Shown: positions 47,404 through 55,981 of the stretch, in pieces | How the letters are laid out: every line of letters begins with the position of its first letter | Numbering within the stretch: the stretch's first letter is position 1 | Source: Coprococcus eutactus | Lineage (GTDB): Bacteria > Bacteroidota > Bacteroidia > Bacteroidales > UBA932 | Length of the DNA: 64,000 nt | Assembly (NCBI GenBank): GCA_963615835.1 | Contig: CAVEIF010000001.1 | Location: 7,466 to 71,465 of the forward strand | Direction: 5' to 3' | Made by a program: the position numbers and the translations under genes | Notes under the pieces: model-generated | Database searches by the model: none | Told to the model about the DNA's origin: nothing | Seen by the model: only the letters and a program-made list of their open reading frames with translations

Positions 47404-49710
47404 TTAGTCAACCACGAAAGTTACCTCGAAACTCTTCACTTTCAGATATTTAACCCAATCTGTGGTCTTGACGTTGAACCAAGTCTTGGTTTCGTCATCG
47501 TTGAGAACCGTATTGGTGTAAAATTCATCTTCGCCCTCAACATAAGTAACTGAAGGATCTGCCCAAGATGTTCCGTTCGATGAAAGCTGTATGCGGCAAT
47601 TTGAGTAATAGGAAGCATTGTTATATTGGTCCGCGACAAGAACAAGTTTTGAAATGGCTCCTATGGCCGATGTGCACTTGATTTCTGATTGTTTGCTATA
47701 TGACTGAGTAGAGACCGTGAAACACTCATCCGTGGCAGTCGCATAGTTGATGTAGGTGAATGTGACAGGGACTTCGAAGGTCTTTCCGTCAGCGGATGCG
47801 GCATTGAAGGTCGCCGTCAGCGGAATATATTCATCTGTCGCATCAGCTCCGTCAAGAGCGGTGTCAATGGCTTTCTTTACATCGGCGGCAGTTACGCTGA
47901 GGGTGTATTCTACAGCTGTTGCGCTCATCTGAGAAACTGTAATTTCAGTTGTGGACTCTGCGAATCCGGTGGCTTTTACCGTTACGATACCGGTTCTCTT
48001 CGCTCCGGTGTTTTCCTCCACGGTGACATTTATTTTGCCTTCGGCATAAGTTGCGCTGAGCCATGATGCTGCATCTTCAGCGACGCTCACTGTAGGGTCG
48101 CCCGTCGCCGCTTTGACTGTGCAGTCTACGCTTGTGGTCCCGGCATCTTTTGCCACTTTGAGAGAAGTTTCGCTCAGAACGATTTCAGGAGCAGGATTTA
48201 TCACGATGCATCCGAGATAAGGGATGCAGTATTTTTCGGCGTCGGAGAAGTTATCGACAGTAAGAACCAGAGAGCCGGTCTCGCTTTCTTCCGTGGTGTA
48301 GAAGAAATAGTTCTCTCCATCCGTGCTTGAAGCGTCACCAGTGACCGTAACCTTTCCGAGTTCCACTGTTTCAGACCCCTTGACCACGCTGACTGTGAAA
48401 TCGGCCGTGACATCAGCGGTGTTGATGCCGAGATTCATCTTCACGGCCTTCATTCCGCTGAAATACGCCTCAGATGCAAGAACCAGTTTCTTTACTTTCT
48501 GTGTGGCAAGCTTCTGTTTGTAGTTGCCGTATGAGCCGATATAGCTGCCGGCAGCATCTTTCTCTCCGTTAGGGAAGGTCAGGCTGAAATTCATCTTGTC
48601 TTTTCCGTCACCCCACTCTTTGCTGTCGGACGTAATACACTGGCTGTATGAGAACTTGCTCATGCTCCATGATTCACCTTCTGCGATTGTTACATCCAGA
48701 TTGTCGGTCTTGTCAGCATCCTTGAAATGCACTGTAGGCGCAGCGATGTGTCCGACTTTTATGTCCAGTCCTTGACGGGTCTCGAATGTAAGAATGGCTC
48801 TGGTTGTATTTACAATGATGTCCACATCATAAGTTCCCGGCTTGGCTGCGAACCATGCGATATAATCTTTGATCGCCGTCTTGCCATCGCCCTTGAGAGT
48901 GATCGTATTCTTCTTGGTATATGGCTTGAGTTCATATTCGCCGACTTCCTTGGTGACATCGATATAGAATCGTCCGGCAAGTACCTGGTCTTCGCCTACA
49001 GCCTTGATGCTTACGGATTTGACGATGCAGTCTTCATATTCTGCCGGCACATCGGCGAAGTCAATCTTACCATATCCGAAAAGATGAGCGAACTCCACGG
49101 TCTCGTTCTCGTTGGTGGAATTATATTCCTTTCCGGTCGACCAGACATATTTAGCACTCTCGTTGAATTTGATGGTGGCAGGCTTGAGAACCATCACATT
49201 GGCCTTAGGTGCCCATGAAGTCTGAGTGGCGGCGCTCTGGTCGTCAGGAAGGGTTACTATCCAGTTGGTTAGCAGATCTCCGTCTTTATCTTCCGTGGTA
49301 AGATAATATGTATAGAGAGCGTCGCTCGGGAACACGCCATAGAGGCAGTATTCGTCGGCTTTGTTGGCCTCTGTGATGCTATAGAGGGTGCCGTTGAAAG
49401 CGGGAACTTCTGCTGTGGCGTCAGCGATCTTGAAAGTCGAGTAGTAATATTTAGCCGGATATTGGTCTGTGTTCGCCACAGGTATGGCCCTTGTAGGGTT
49501 GTCTGTTTTCGCAATGGCGGCATAGAACTTGTCATCCTTGGTGAAGGTGATATGGTCTTTCCCGTCAAATGCCGCCTTGGTGGCGCCGTTATCGACCTTG
49601 AGAGTGACGTTTATGTTTTCTGAAGCGCCTGTCTTCTCAGGTGCGACCTCACTTTTTGAACAGCCTGCCAATGCTACGAGCGCGGCTGCGATATATGTTA
49701 ATTTTTTCAT
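47404..49710 (-). CDS. Fimbrillin/type V pilin-like lipoprotein with internal BACON domain
   Basis: Lipobox LAGC; 'ATKAAF...F..DDKF' and 'FAHLFG..K' resemble fimbrillin domains; 'ASWLSA..EENTGAKRTGIVT..SQ' BACON. Confidence 0.6.
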   Translation of the reverse strand: MKKLTYIAAALVALAGCSKSEVAPEKTGASENINVTLKVDNGATKAAFDGKDHITFTKDDKFYAAIAKTDNPTRAIPVANTDQYPAKYYYSTFKIADATAEVPAFNGTLYSITEANKADEYCLYGVFPSDALYTYYLTTEDKDGDLLTNWIVTLPDDQSAATQTSWAPKANVMVLKPATIKFNESAKYVWSTGKEYNSTNENETVEFAHLFGYGKIDFADVPAEYEDCIVKSVSIKAVGEDQVLAGRFYIDVTKEVGEYELKPYTKKNTITLKGDGKTAIKDYIAWFAAKPGTYDVDIIVNTTRAILTFETRQGLDIKVGHIAAPTVHFKDADKTDNLDVTIAEGESWSMSKFSYSQCITSDSKEWGDGKDKMNFSLTFPNGEKDAAGSYIGSYGNYKQKLATQKVKKLVLASEAYFSGMKAVKMNLGINTADVTADFTVSVVKGSETVELGKVTVTGDASSTDGENYFFYTTEESETGSLVLTVDNFSDAEKYCIPYLGCIVINPAPEIVLSETSLKVAKDAGTTSVDCTVKAATGDPTVSVAEDAASWLSATYAEGKINVTVEENTGAKRTGIVTVKATGFAESTTEITVSQMSATAVEYTLSVTAADVKKAIDTALDGADATDEYIPLTATFNAASADGKTFEVPVTFTYINYATATDECFTVSTQSYSKQSEIKCTSAIGAISKLVLVADQYNNASYYSNCRIQLSSNGTSWADPSVTYVEGEDEFYTNTVLNDDETKTWFNVKTTDWVKYLKVKSFEVTFVVD

Positions 49711-49757
49711 ATTCTTGATAACAAAATGTAAGTGTTTGTCCATCAGTTAATCGATGA

Positions 49758-50615
49758 TTACCATTCAGTATAAGGGTTATTGTCGGTTATGATTATGCCG
49801 CCTTTCTCACCATATCTGCTCAGGAAGTCCACGACGATGTATTGTGCGGCTTTCTTGCTGTCGCTGTTGCGGACGGCGTTGATAACTATATATTCTGCAC
49901 CGGCATCTTCGGCAGGAATGCTTACATGGAGCTTCTGCTTCTCGGTGTCGAGCTTATACTCGTAACCTTTGCTTTCGACATAGACATAAGTGGTCTCGTC
50001 CGCTCCGGTGATGGTGTAGTCGAATTCGACCACGTCTCCTGCGAATCCGTAATTGGCCTCGGTGGTGGCTTTGATGGCGAATATGTTATCCTTTGCCACA
50101 GTGAATTTGACGTCACCTATGGTGAACACGTATTCTTCGGCGGTCTCTTCCAATTTGACCTCTATCTCCTTGGTGTCGATGCTTACTTCTGACCATGAGA
50201 CGCCTTCGTTATAGGACACGTTCCATTTGCCGTTTTCGAATTTGAATTCAGGTGCGGCATCGCTGACGCGCACGCCCGCCCCGTTATTCTTAAGAATCTC
50301 TCCGTTGACTGTCCAGTAAAGCACGCCGTCCACTTCCTTGATGCCCACGATGGAGTCCTTGTATATCTTGCCGGTGGTGCCGTCAGAGAAGGTTACGGTA
50401 TAAAAGCCTGAATTGTCGTACACCAGTGAGGTGACGGTTATGGCCTTGGCGTATGCCGAAAGCAACTTCTCGATGGAAGTCACGTTGGCGTTGACCTTGC
50501 TCTCAAGAGCGGCGACCTTGTCTTCAAGAACCTCTACTCTGTCTTCAAGATCCTTGGTGCATGAGCAGCAGAGCGTAGCCGCTGCCACAGCAATCATGAA
50601 TAATGTTTTTTTCAT
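49758..50615 (-). CDS. DUF4988/PL29 N-terminal-like lipoprotein
   Basis: Lipobox CCSC; 'LEDRVEVLE' coiled coil, 'YTVTFSDG', 'YWTVNGE', 'P.FK.ENG.W.VSY..G.SW'. Confidence 0.8.
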   Translation of the reverse strand: MKKTLFMIAVAAATLCCSCTKDLEDRVEVLEDKVAALESKVNANVTSIEKLLSAYAKAITVTSLVYDNSGFYTVTFSDGTTGKIYKDSIVGIKEVDGVLYWTVNGEILKNNGAGVRVSDAAPEFKFENGKWNVSYNEGVSWSEVSIDTKEIEVKLEETAEEYVFTIGDVKFTVAKDNIFAIKATTEANYGFAGDVVEFDYTITGADETTYVYVESKGYEYKLDTEKQKLHVSIPAEDAGAEYIVINAVRNSDSKKAAQYIVVDFLSRYGEKGGIIITDNNPYTEW

Positions 50616-50671
50616 ATTGATGTAATATTGGTAATACTGGATAACTTCTATTTTAAAAACTTCCTGCCGCG

Positions 50672-52492
50672 TCAGAACGACAGCACAGGATGGCAGACAA
50701 TAGGATCGTTAAGATAATCCACGAACGGGTAAAGTTCTCCGTTATCTGACAACCAGAATATTATGCACATCGAGTCCTCCCCTCTTGTATAGAGGCTTGA
50801 GGTCATAAGTTCACACCCTTTCTGATAACCTCTGTCGCGGCCATACTTGAGATTATGCTTCATCTCGTCAGGGACCAATTCCCAATAGGAATTCAGTTTC
50901 TCGACAGGATTGAAGCCTATCTTGGTCAGTCCGGGGTAATATTCATCTATCCGATATAAATCCACGCTTCCAAGTTTGGCTTCCGAGAGAAGTGCTGACA
51001 CTTCGTCTCCGCAGAGATTGGCCACGAGATCCCATATCTGACCGCTGCTTGGAATGTACCAGCCGGAGGTGCCGTCCGGGGTTGCCGGAACGAAATCCGT
51101 ATGCACCCAGTCGAAGGCAGGGACCTGTTGTATCTTAGATGTCCCTTTAGGGAAAGATTTCAGGATGGCCTTGTTCCACGCATATCCCCAGATGTCATTA
51201 TAACAGGTTTCCGAGTTCCTGTGCGGATCTATGCTCACGTTGGAAATGTCCGCAAGCGAGTAACAGGTAAGAGAATCCGTTCTGTGGTCTTCGTCAGGGT
51301 CCGGGTCTATAGGTGCGAACGCGGCCTTGAGACTGAACACCAGTCCGTGCGTGAATCCGAGGTCCTTTTCTTCGTCGGAGATCCTGTCCGGATTGGTCTG
51401 GAACACTATCCCTATCACGGTCTTGTCCGGATCCGGGGCAGGCTTGTCAAGACCTGTAAGCCATTTGGCTCCCGTGCCGTCTTCGTTGATGGAGATGAGA
51501 CCTCCGTCGCTCCACGTGCCGTCAGAGTAGTAGTAGTCGCCTATTTTCGGCTCCGTGCTCGGACGTGCGCTCTGCTGAACGGAAAAGGTTATGGTGTCGG
51601 TAAGCTCACCTTCGCTTCCGTTCTCTATCTTGGCCACAAGTTTGGCCGTGCCTGAATTGATGGTGGAGGCATAAGCTGAGACGCTATTCCCGCTTATGAC
51701 TATAGGGTCGCAGCTTATCGCGTCCCCTTCGGCGATTTCCCACGTTACTGTCTTATAGCTGACGTTTTCCGGAATTATTACGGCATCTACTTTAACCTTC
51801 TCGTTTACGGAGATTTTCTTTTCGCTCATATCTATGCCGTCTATGCAGAGACTGAGTGAAGTGGCTTTTATGGCGGAAACATTCACCGTGCATCTGGCCT
51901 CTTTCTCCTGACATGTGGCGGTGATGACGGTCTGACCTTCCGCGATGCCCGTGATGACGCCTTCGCTTACTGTAGCTATGGTTTCATCTTCTGATTTCCA
52001 GCTGATTCTTGGGCTTGTGGCGTTTTCCGGGAGAATGGTCGCGCTGAGGTTTTCACTGTCGCCTATCTTCAGTTCAAGCGTGCTCTTGTCCAGCTGAATG
52101 CCTTCCACGCCTATAGGAGAAACGCTTACAACGCATTTGACGGGTGCGTCAAGGTCGTCATGGAAAGCATAGATGGTGGTGCTGCCGAGACTCTGAGCCT
52201 TAAGCGTGAGTATTACGGCATTTTCGGAAACGGTTTTGGCTTCGATGGATACGACATCTTCGTCGGCTACTTCTACGGTTACCTCACCGGAGCGCTCTAT
52301 AGGAATGACTTTAAGTTCAAGTTCTGACGTTCCCTGAACCGGGATGGACAACTCGCTCTGTGCAAATGCCACTTCGACAGGCTGTCTCTCTCCCTTTCCG
52401 GCTTCTTCCTTCTTGACATCGTCATCACAGCCTGAAAGACAGACAGAAAGGCCAAGCACTGCCCCCCCTATGAGGATTTTTCTGAAATTCAT
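50672..52492 (-). CDS. Surface lipoprotein with Big_2 Ig-like repeats and a C-terminal CLec-like domain
   Basis: Lipobox LSGC; 'LDKSTLELKIG...ATILPENAT..ISWKSEDETIATV' Big_2; 'PKIGDYYYSDGTWS', 'GWYIPS.GQ', terminal 'VCHPVLSF'. Confidence 0.75.
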   Translation of the reverse strand: MNFRKILIGGAVLGLSVCLSGCDDDVKKEEAGKGERQPVEVAFAQSELSIPVQGTSELELKVIPIERSGEVTVEVADEDVVSIEAKTVSENAVILTLKAQSLGSTTIYAFHDDLDAPVKCVVSVSPIGVEGIQLDKSTLELKIGDSENLSATILPENATSPRISWKSEDETIATVSEGVITGIAEGQTVITATCQEKEARCTVNVSAIKATSLSLCIDGIDMSEKKISVNEKVKVDAVIIPENVSYKTVTWEIAEGDAISCDPIVISGNSVSAYASTINSGTAKLVAKIENGSEGELTDTITFSVQQSARPSTEPKIGDYYYSDGTWSDGGLISINEDGTGAKWLTGLDKPAPDPDKTVIGIVFQTNPDRISDEEKDLGFTHGLVFSLKAAFAPIDPDPDEDHRTDSLTCYSLADISNVSIDPHRNSETCYNDIWGYAWNKAILKSFPKGTSKIQQVPAFDWVHTDFVPATPDGTSGWYIPSSGQIWDLVANLCGDEVSALLSEAKLGSVDLYRIDEYYPGLTKIGFNPVEKLNSYWELVPDEMKHNLKYGRDRGYQKGCELMTSSLYTRGEDSMCIIFWLSDNGELYPFVDYLNDPIVCHPVLSF

Positions 52493-52543
52493 ACACTTTA
52501 CTACTAACTGTTAAATGTGCGTGTTCTCTTAGAGCACAATGGA

Positions 52544-52551
52544 CAAAGTTA
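52544..52551 (-). promoter_or_regulatory. -7 promoter element (TAACTTTG) heading the lipoprotein/SusCD cluster
   Basis: TAnnTTTG match ~50 nt upstream of the ATG at 52492. Confidence 0.6.
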
Positions 52552-52728
52552 AATTTTATTTCTTACAAAAACAACGTGTGTGCATATAAATAGGTATATT
52601 TGTATAAAGATTTGACACTTGTGCCATTTTCCCGAGACGGCGTGCCGGAAGTTTTGCAAGTTTGAGTTTTTACAAGTACATTTGTGGAGGTGTCGGTATG
52701 CGGAATTGGCATACCTGCGAAATGAATT

Positions 52729-53433
52729 ATGTATAAGAGAGTTCTTTTAAAATTGAGCGGCGAGAGTCTCGGCGGTCCTTCAGGAAAGGGGCTTGACGAG
52801 AAGAGTATCGCCCTATACGCGGACCAGGTGGTTCAGGCCGTGCAATCCGGATGTCAAGTGGCCATAGTCAACGGCGGAGGTAACATTTTCCGCGGGCTTC
52901 AGGGCACGGGCAAGGGCTTTGACCGTGTGGACGGAGATAAGATGGGTATGCTCGCCACCGTCATCAATTCCATGGCTTTATGCCAATTCATCCGCGAGCG
53001 CGGCGTAAAGGCGGAGGTCTTTACGGCCACTCCCATGGAGCCCATTGCCAGATATTATGTCCGTGACGCCGCCCTTCGTCTTATGGAAGAGGGTGGAGTG
53101 GCTCTTATAGCCGGCGGAACGGGTAACCCTTTCTTCACTACGGACAGCGGTGCCGCACTTCGCGCTCTTGAACTGGGTGCGGATGCTCTTCTCAAAGGTA
53201 CTCGCGTGGACGGAGTCTATACAGCCGATCCGGAGAAGGACCCTGCGGCCGTCAAATACGATACCCTGACTTTCAGCAAGGCACTTTCCGACCACCTCAA
53301 GGTGATGGACGCCACTGCATTCGCCCTGTGCGAACAGGGGAACATCCCCATAGTGGTGTTCGACATTAATGTGCCGGGGGCTCTCGGAAGACTGCTTTCC
53401 GGAGAGAAGACGGGAACAATAGTACACGCATAA
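52729..53433 (+). CDS. pyrH: UMP kinase
   Basis: 'KRVLLKLSGE', 'GGGNIFRG', 'GMLAT..N', 'GNPFFTTD', 'VMD.TA'. Confidence 0.98.
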   Translation: MYKRVLLKLSGESLGGPSGKGLDEKSIALYADQVVQAVQSGCQVAIVNGGGNIFRGLQGTGKGFDRVDGDKMGMLATVINSMALCQFIRERGVKAEVFTATPMEPIARYYVRDAALRLMEEGGVALIAGGTGNPFFTTDSGAALRALELGADALLKGTRVDGVYTADPEKDPAAVKYDTLTFSKALSDHLKVMDATAFALCEQGNIPIVVFDINVPGALGRLLSGEKTGTIVHA

Positions 53434-53450
53434 CCAATTTACAGATAGAT

Positions 53451-54020
53451 ATGTTGACAGAAAACGCAAAACAGATCGTCTCCGCTGCCGGCACCAAGAT
53501 GATGGACGCCGTGAATTTTCTTGAGGAGAGCCTTAAGAATTACAGGGTGGGCAAGGCCAATACACAAGTGTTCAATAAAGTGCTCGTAAACTACTATGGA
53601 ACACCCACCCCTGTTCCGCAGGTGGCTTCGGTTACGGCCCCGGACGCCAAGACCCTCGCCATACAGCCTTGGGAACGTTCTCTTATCCCGGCCATAGAAA
53701 AGGCCATCATTGATGCCAATATAGGCCTGACTCCTTCAAATAACGGAGAGACCATCCGCTGCACTGTTCCGGCACTTACCGAAGAGAGGCGTAAGGAACT
53801 CTGCAAGAATGCCAAATCTGAAGGTGAGAATGCCAAGATAGTGATTCGTAATGTCCGCCGCGACGCAGTGGACGCACTTAAGAAGGCCGTGAAGAACGAC
53901 GGCCTCAGTGAAGATGCGCAGAAGGAAGGCGAAGAGGAGGTTCAGAAGCTCACCGACAAGCGGGTGAAGGAAGTGGAGGAACTCGTATCCGCCAAGGAGA
54001 AGGACATCCTCGCCGTATAG
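53451..54020 (+). CDS. frr: Ribosome recycling factor
   Basis: 'YYG.PTP', 'QPWE', 'P.LTEERRK', 'RNVRRDA'; follows pyrH. Confidence 0.97.
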   Translation: MLTENAKQIVSAAGTKMMDAVNFLEESLKNYRVGKANTQVFNKVLVNYYGTPTPVPQVASVTAPDAKTLAIQPWERSLIPAIEKAIIDANIGLTPSNNGETIRCTVPALTEERRKELCKNAKSEGENAKIVIRNVRRDAVDALKKAVKNDGLSEDAQKEGEEEVQKLTDKRVKEVEELVSAKEKDILAV

Positions 54021-54026
54021 AAAGTT

Positions 54027-54057
54027 TTTGTTAATTCAGAATATTTATTTATCTTTG
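54027..54057 (+). promoter_or_regulatory. Bacteroidota -33/-7 promoter of rplM-rpsI-rpsB-tsf
   Basis: TTTG (54027-54030), 19-nt spacer, TATCTTTG (54050-54057). Confidence 0.8.
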
Positions 54058-54121
54058 CGACCCCTTTGAAAGGAGGGATCGCAATTTTTATTAAAGTATT
54101 AATCATTAAAGTATCAAGACA

Positions 54122-54574
54122 ATGGACACACTTAGCTACAAAACAGTTTCCTTGAACAAGGCTACTGTGGACAAGAAGTGGTTGGTCATTGACGCGACTG
54201 ATCTCGCACTTGGTCGTCTCGCTTCGAGAGTGGCTCTCGTTCTTCGCGGTAAGAACAAGCCGGGCTTCACTCCTAATGTTGACTGCGGTGATAATGTCAT
54301 CGTAATCAATGCGGAGAAAGTGGCTCTCAAAGGCAAGAAGATGACCAATCGTGTGTATGTGCGCTACACCGGATATCCGGGAGGCCAGCGTTTCTGCACA
54401 CCGGCAGACATCCTCGCCAAGAAACCGACAGAACTCGTTAGGAGAGCAGTGAAGGGTATGCTTCCTAAGACGCGTCTTGGAGACCAGATACTCGGTAACC
54501 TCTACATCTATGCAGGTCCTGAGCATCCTCACCAGGCACAAAACCCTAAAGTAATTAAGTTGAACGAAATTTAA
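54122..54574 (+). CDS. rplM: 50S ribosomal protein L13
   Basis: 'LGRLAS.VA..LRGKNKP.FTP.VDCGD', 'TGYPGG', 'GMLPK'. Confidence 0.99.
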   Translation: MDTLSYKTVSLNKATVDKKWLVIDATDLALGRLASRVALVLRGKNKPGFTPNVDCGDNVIVINAEKVALKGKKMTNRVYVRYTGYPGGQRFCTPADILAKKPTELVRRAVKGMLPKTRLGDQILGNLYIYAGPEHPHQAQNPKVIKLNEI

Positions 54575-54583
54575 ACAGAGCAA

Positions 54584-54973
54584 ATGGAACAGACACACGC
54601 CCTTGGAAGACGTAAGACAGCTGTAGCTCGCGTTTATCTCTCAGCTGGCGCAGGCAACGTGACGGTTAACGACCGCCCTCTTGAAGACTATTTTAAAGAG
54701 GAGTCTCTTCGTTACATCGTTCTTCAGGCCTTCAGCGTAACTGAGACCCTCGGTAAGTTTGACACTAAGGTCACCATCTTCGGAGGCGGCACCAAAGGTC
54801 AGGCAGAAGCCGTTCGCCTCGGTATCGCTCGCGCCCTCTGCGAGCTTGATAAGGAAGCTTATCGTTCTGCACTTAAGGCCGCCGGCCTTCTCACCCGCGA
54901 CTCTCGTGAGGTTGAGCGTAAGAAACCTGGTCAGCCAGGCGCACGCAGACGCTTCCAGTTCAGTAAACGTTAG
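54584..54973 (+). CDS. rpsI: 30S ribosomal protein S9
   Basis: '[10 protein letters not shown]', 'GGG.KGQA', '[17 protein letters not shown]'. Confidence 0.99.
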   Translation: MEQTHALGRRKTAVARVYLSAGAGNVTVNDRPLEDYFKEESLRYIVLQAFSVTETLGKFDTKVTIFGGGTKGQAEAVRLGIARALCELDKEAYRSALKAAGLLTRDSREVERKKPGQPGARRRFQFSKR

Positions 54974-55116
54974 TTATTATTACTGTTTTATCGCACAGAT
55001 GCGGTTTTGTAAACCGTCCCCACAGTGGAGGTTGCCGCACTGCGGAAAATCTTCGAGATTGGCCCAGGGCCACTACCCGGGGATTGAAGTAAAGAGAAAA
55101 TTAAATTAAAGACATT

Positions 55117-55947
55117 ATGTCAAGAACAAATTTCCAAGAATTGCTTGATGCAGGCGCACACTTCGGACATCTTGCCCGTAAGTGGAACCCTAAAATGGCA
55201 CCATACATCTTCGACCAGCAGAAGGGTATCCATATCATTGACCTGCACAAGACAGTCGTTAAAATCGACGAAGCTGCCGAAGCGATGAAGGATCTGGCCA
55301 AATCGGGCCGCAAGATTCTCTTCGTGGCCACCAAGAAACAGGCCAAGGAGGTCATCGCGGAGAAAGCCGCTTCAGTAGGCATGCCGTACATCACCGAGCG
55401 TTGGGCCGGTGGTATGCTTACCAACTTCCCTACCATCCGCAAGGCCATCAAGAAGATGGCTACCATCGACAAGATGAAGGAGGATGGAACATACGAGAAA
55501 CTCGCGAAGCGCGAGCGCCTTCAGGTTGACCGCCAGAGAGCTAAACTCGAGAAGAACCTCGGCTCCATCAGAGATATGAGCCGTCTTCCGTCAGCGCTCT
55601 TCATAGTGGACATACAGAAGGAGGCTAACGCCGTTAAAGAGGCTAACCGTTTGAATATTCCGGTTTTCGCAATGGTTGATACATGTTGCGATCCCAGCCC
55701 TATTGATTATGTGATTCCGGCTAACGATGATGCCACCAAGAGCATAGAGTGCATACTCAACGCACTTTGCGGCGCCATCCAGGAAGGTCTCAACGAGCGT
55801 AAACTCGAGAAGGAAAAGGAAGCTGAAACAGAAGCCAAGGAAGTGGCAGGCAAGCCTGCGGAGCGCAAGCTCCGTTCCCGCAAGGGAGCCAAGGCAGAAG
55901 AGGCTGAGGCCCCTGTAGAGGCAGAAACTCCTGCAGCAGCAGAATAA
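55117..55947 (+). CDS. rpsB: 30S ribosomal protein S2
   Basis: 'AG.HFGH...WNPKM', 'RW.GGMLTN', 'PANDDA'. Confidence 0.99.
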   Translation: MSRTNFQELLDAGAHFGHLARKWNPKMAPYIFDQQKGIHIIDLHKTVVKIDEAAEAMKDLAKSGRKILFVATKKQAKEVIAEKAASVGMPYITERWAGGMLTNFPTIRKAIKKMATIDKMKEDGTYEKLAKRERLQVDRQRAKLEKNLGSIRDMSRLPSALFIVDIQKEANAVKEANRLNIPVFAMVDTCCDPSPIDYVIPANDDATKSIECILNALCGAIQEGLNERKLEKEKEAETEAKEVAGKPAERKLRSRKGAKAEEAEAPVEAETPAAAE

Positions 55948-55981
55948 TCCATTTGTTTAACTGTTAGATATATACACCATT

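Noticed and set aside
52612..52628. Minus-strand TGGCAC as a sigma54 promoter for the surface locus
   Set aside because: The -12 position reads TCAA rather than TTGC, a poor match
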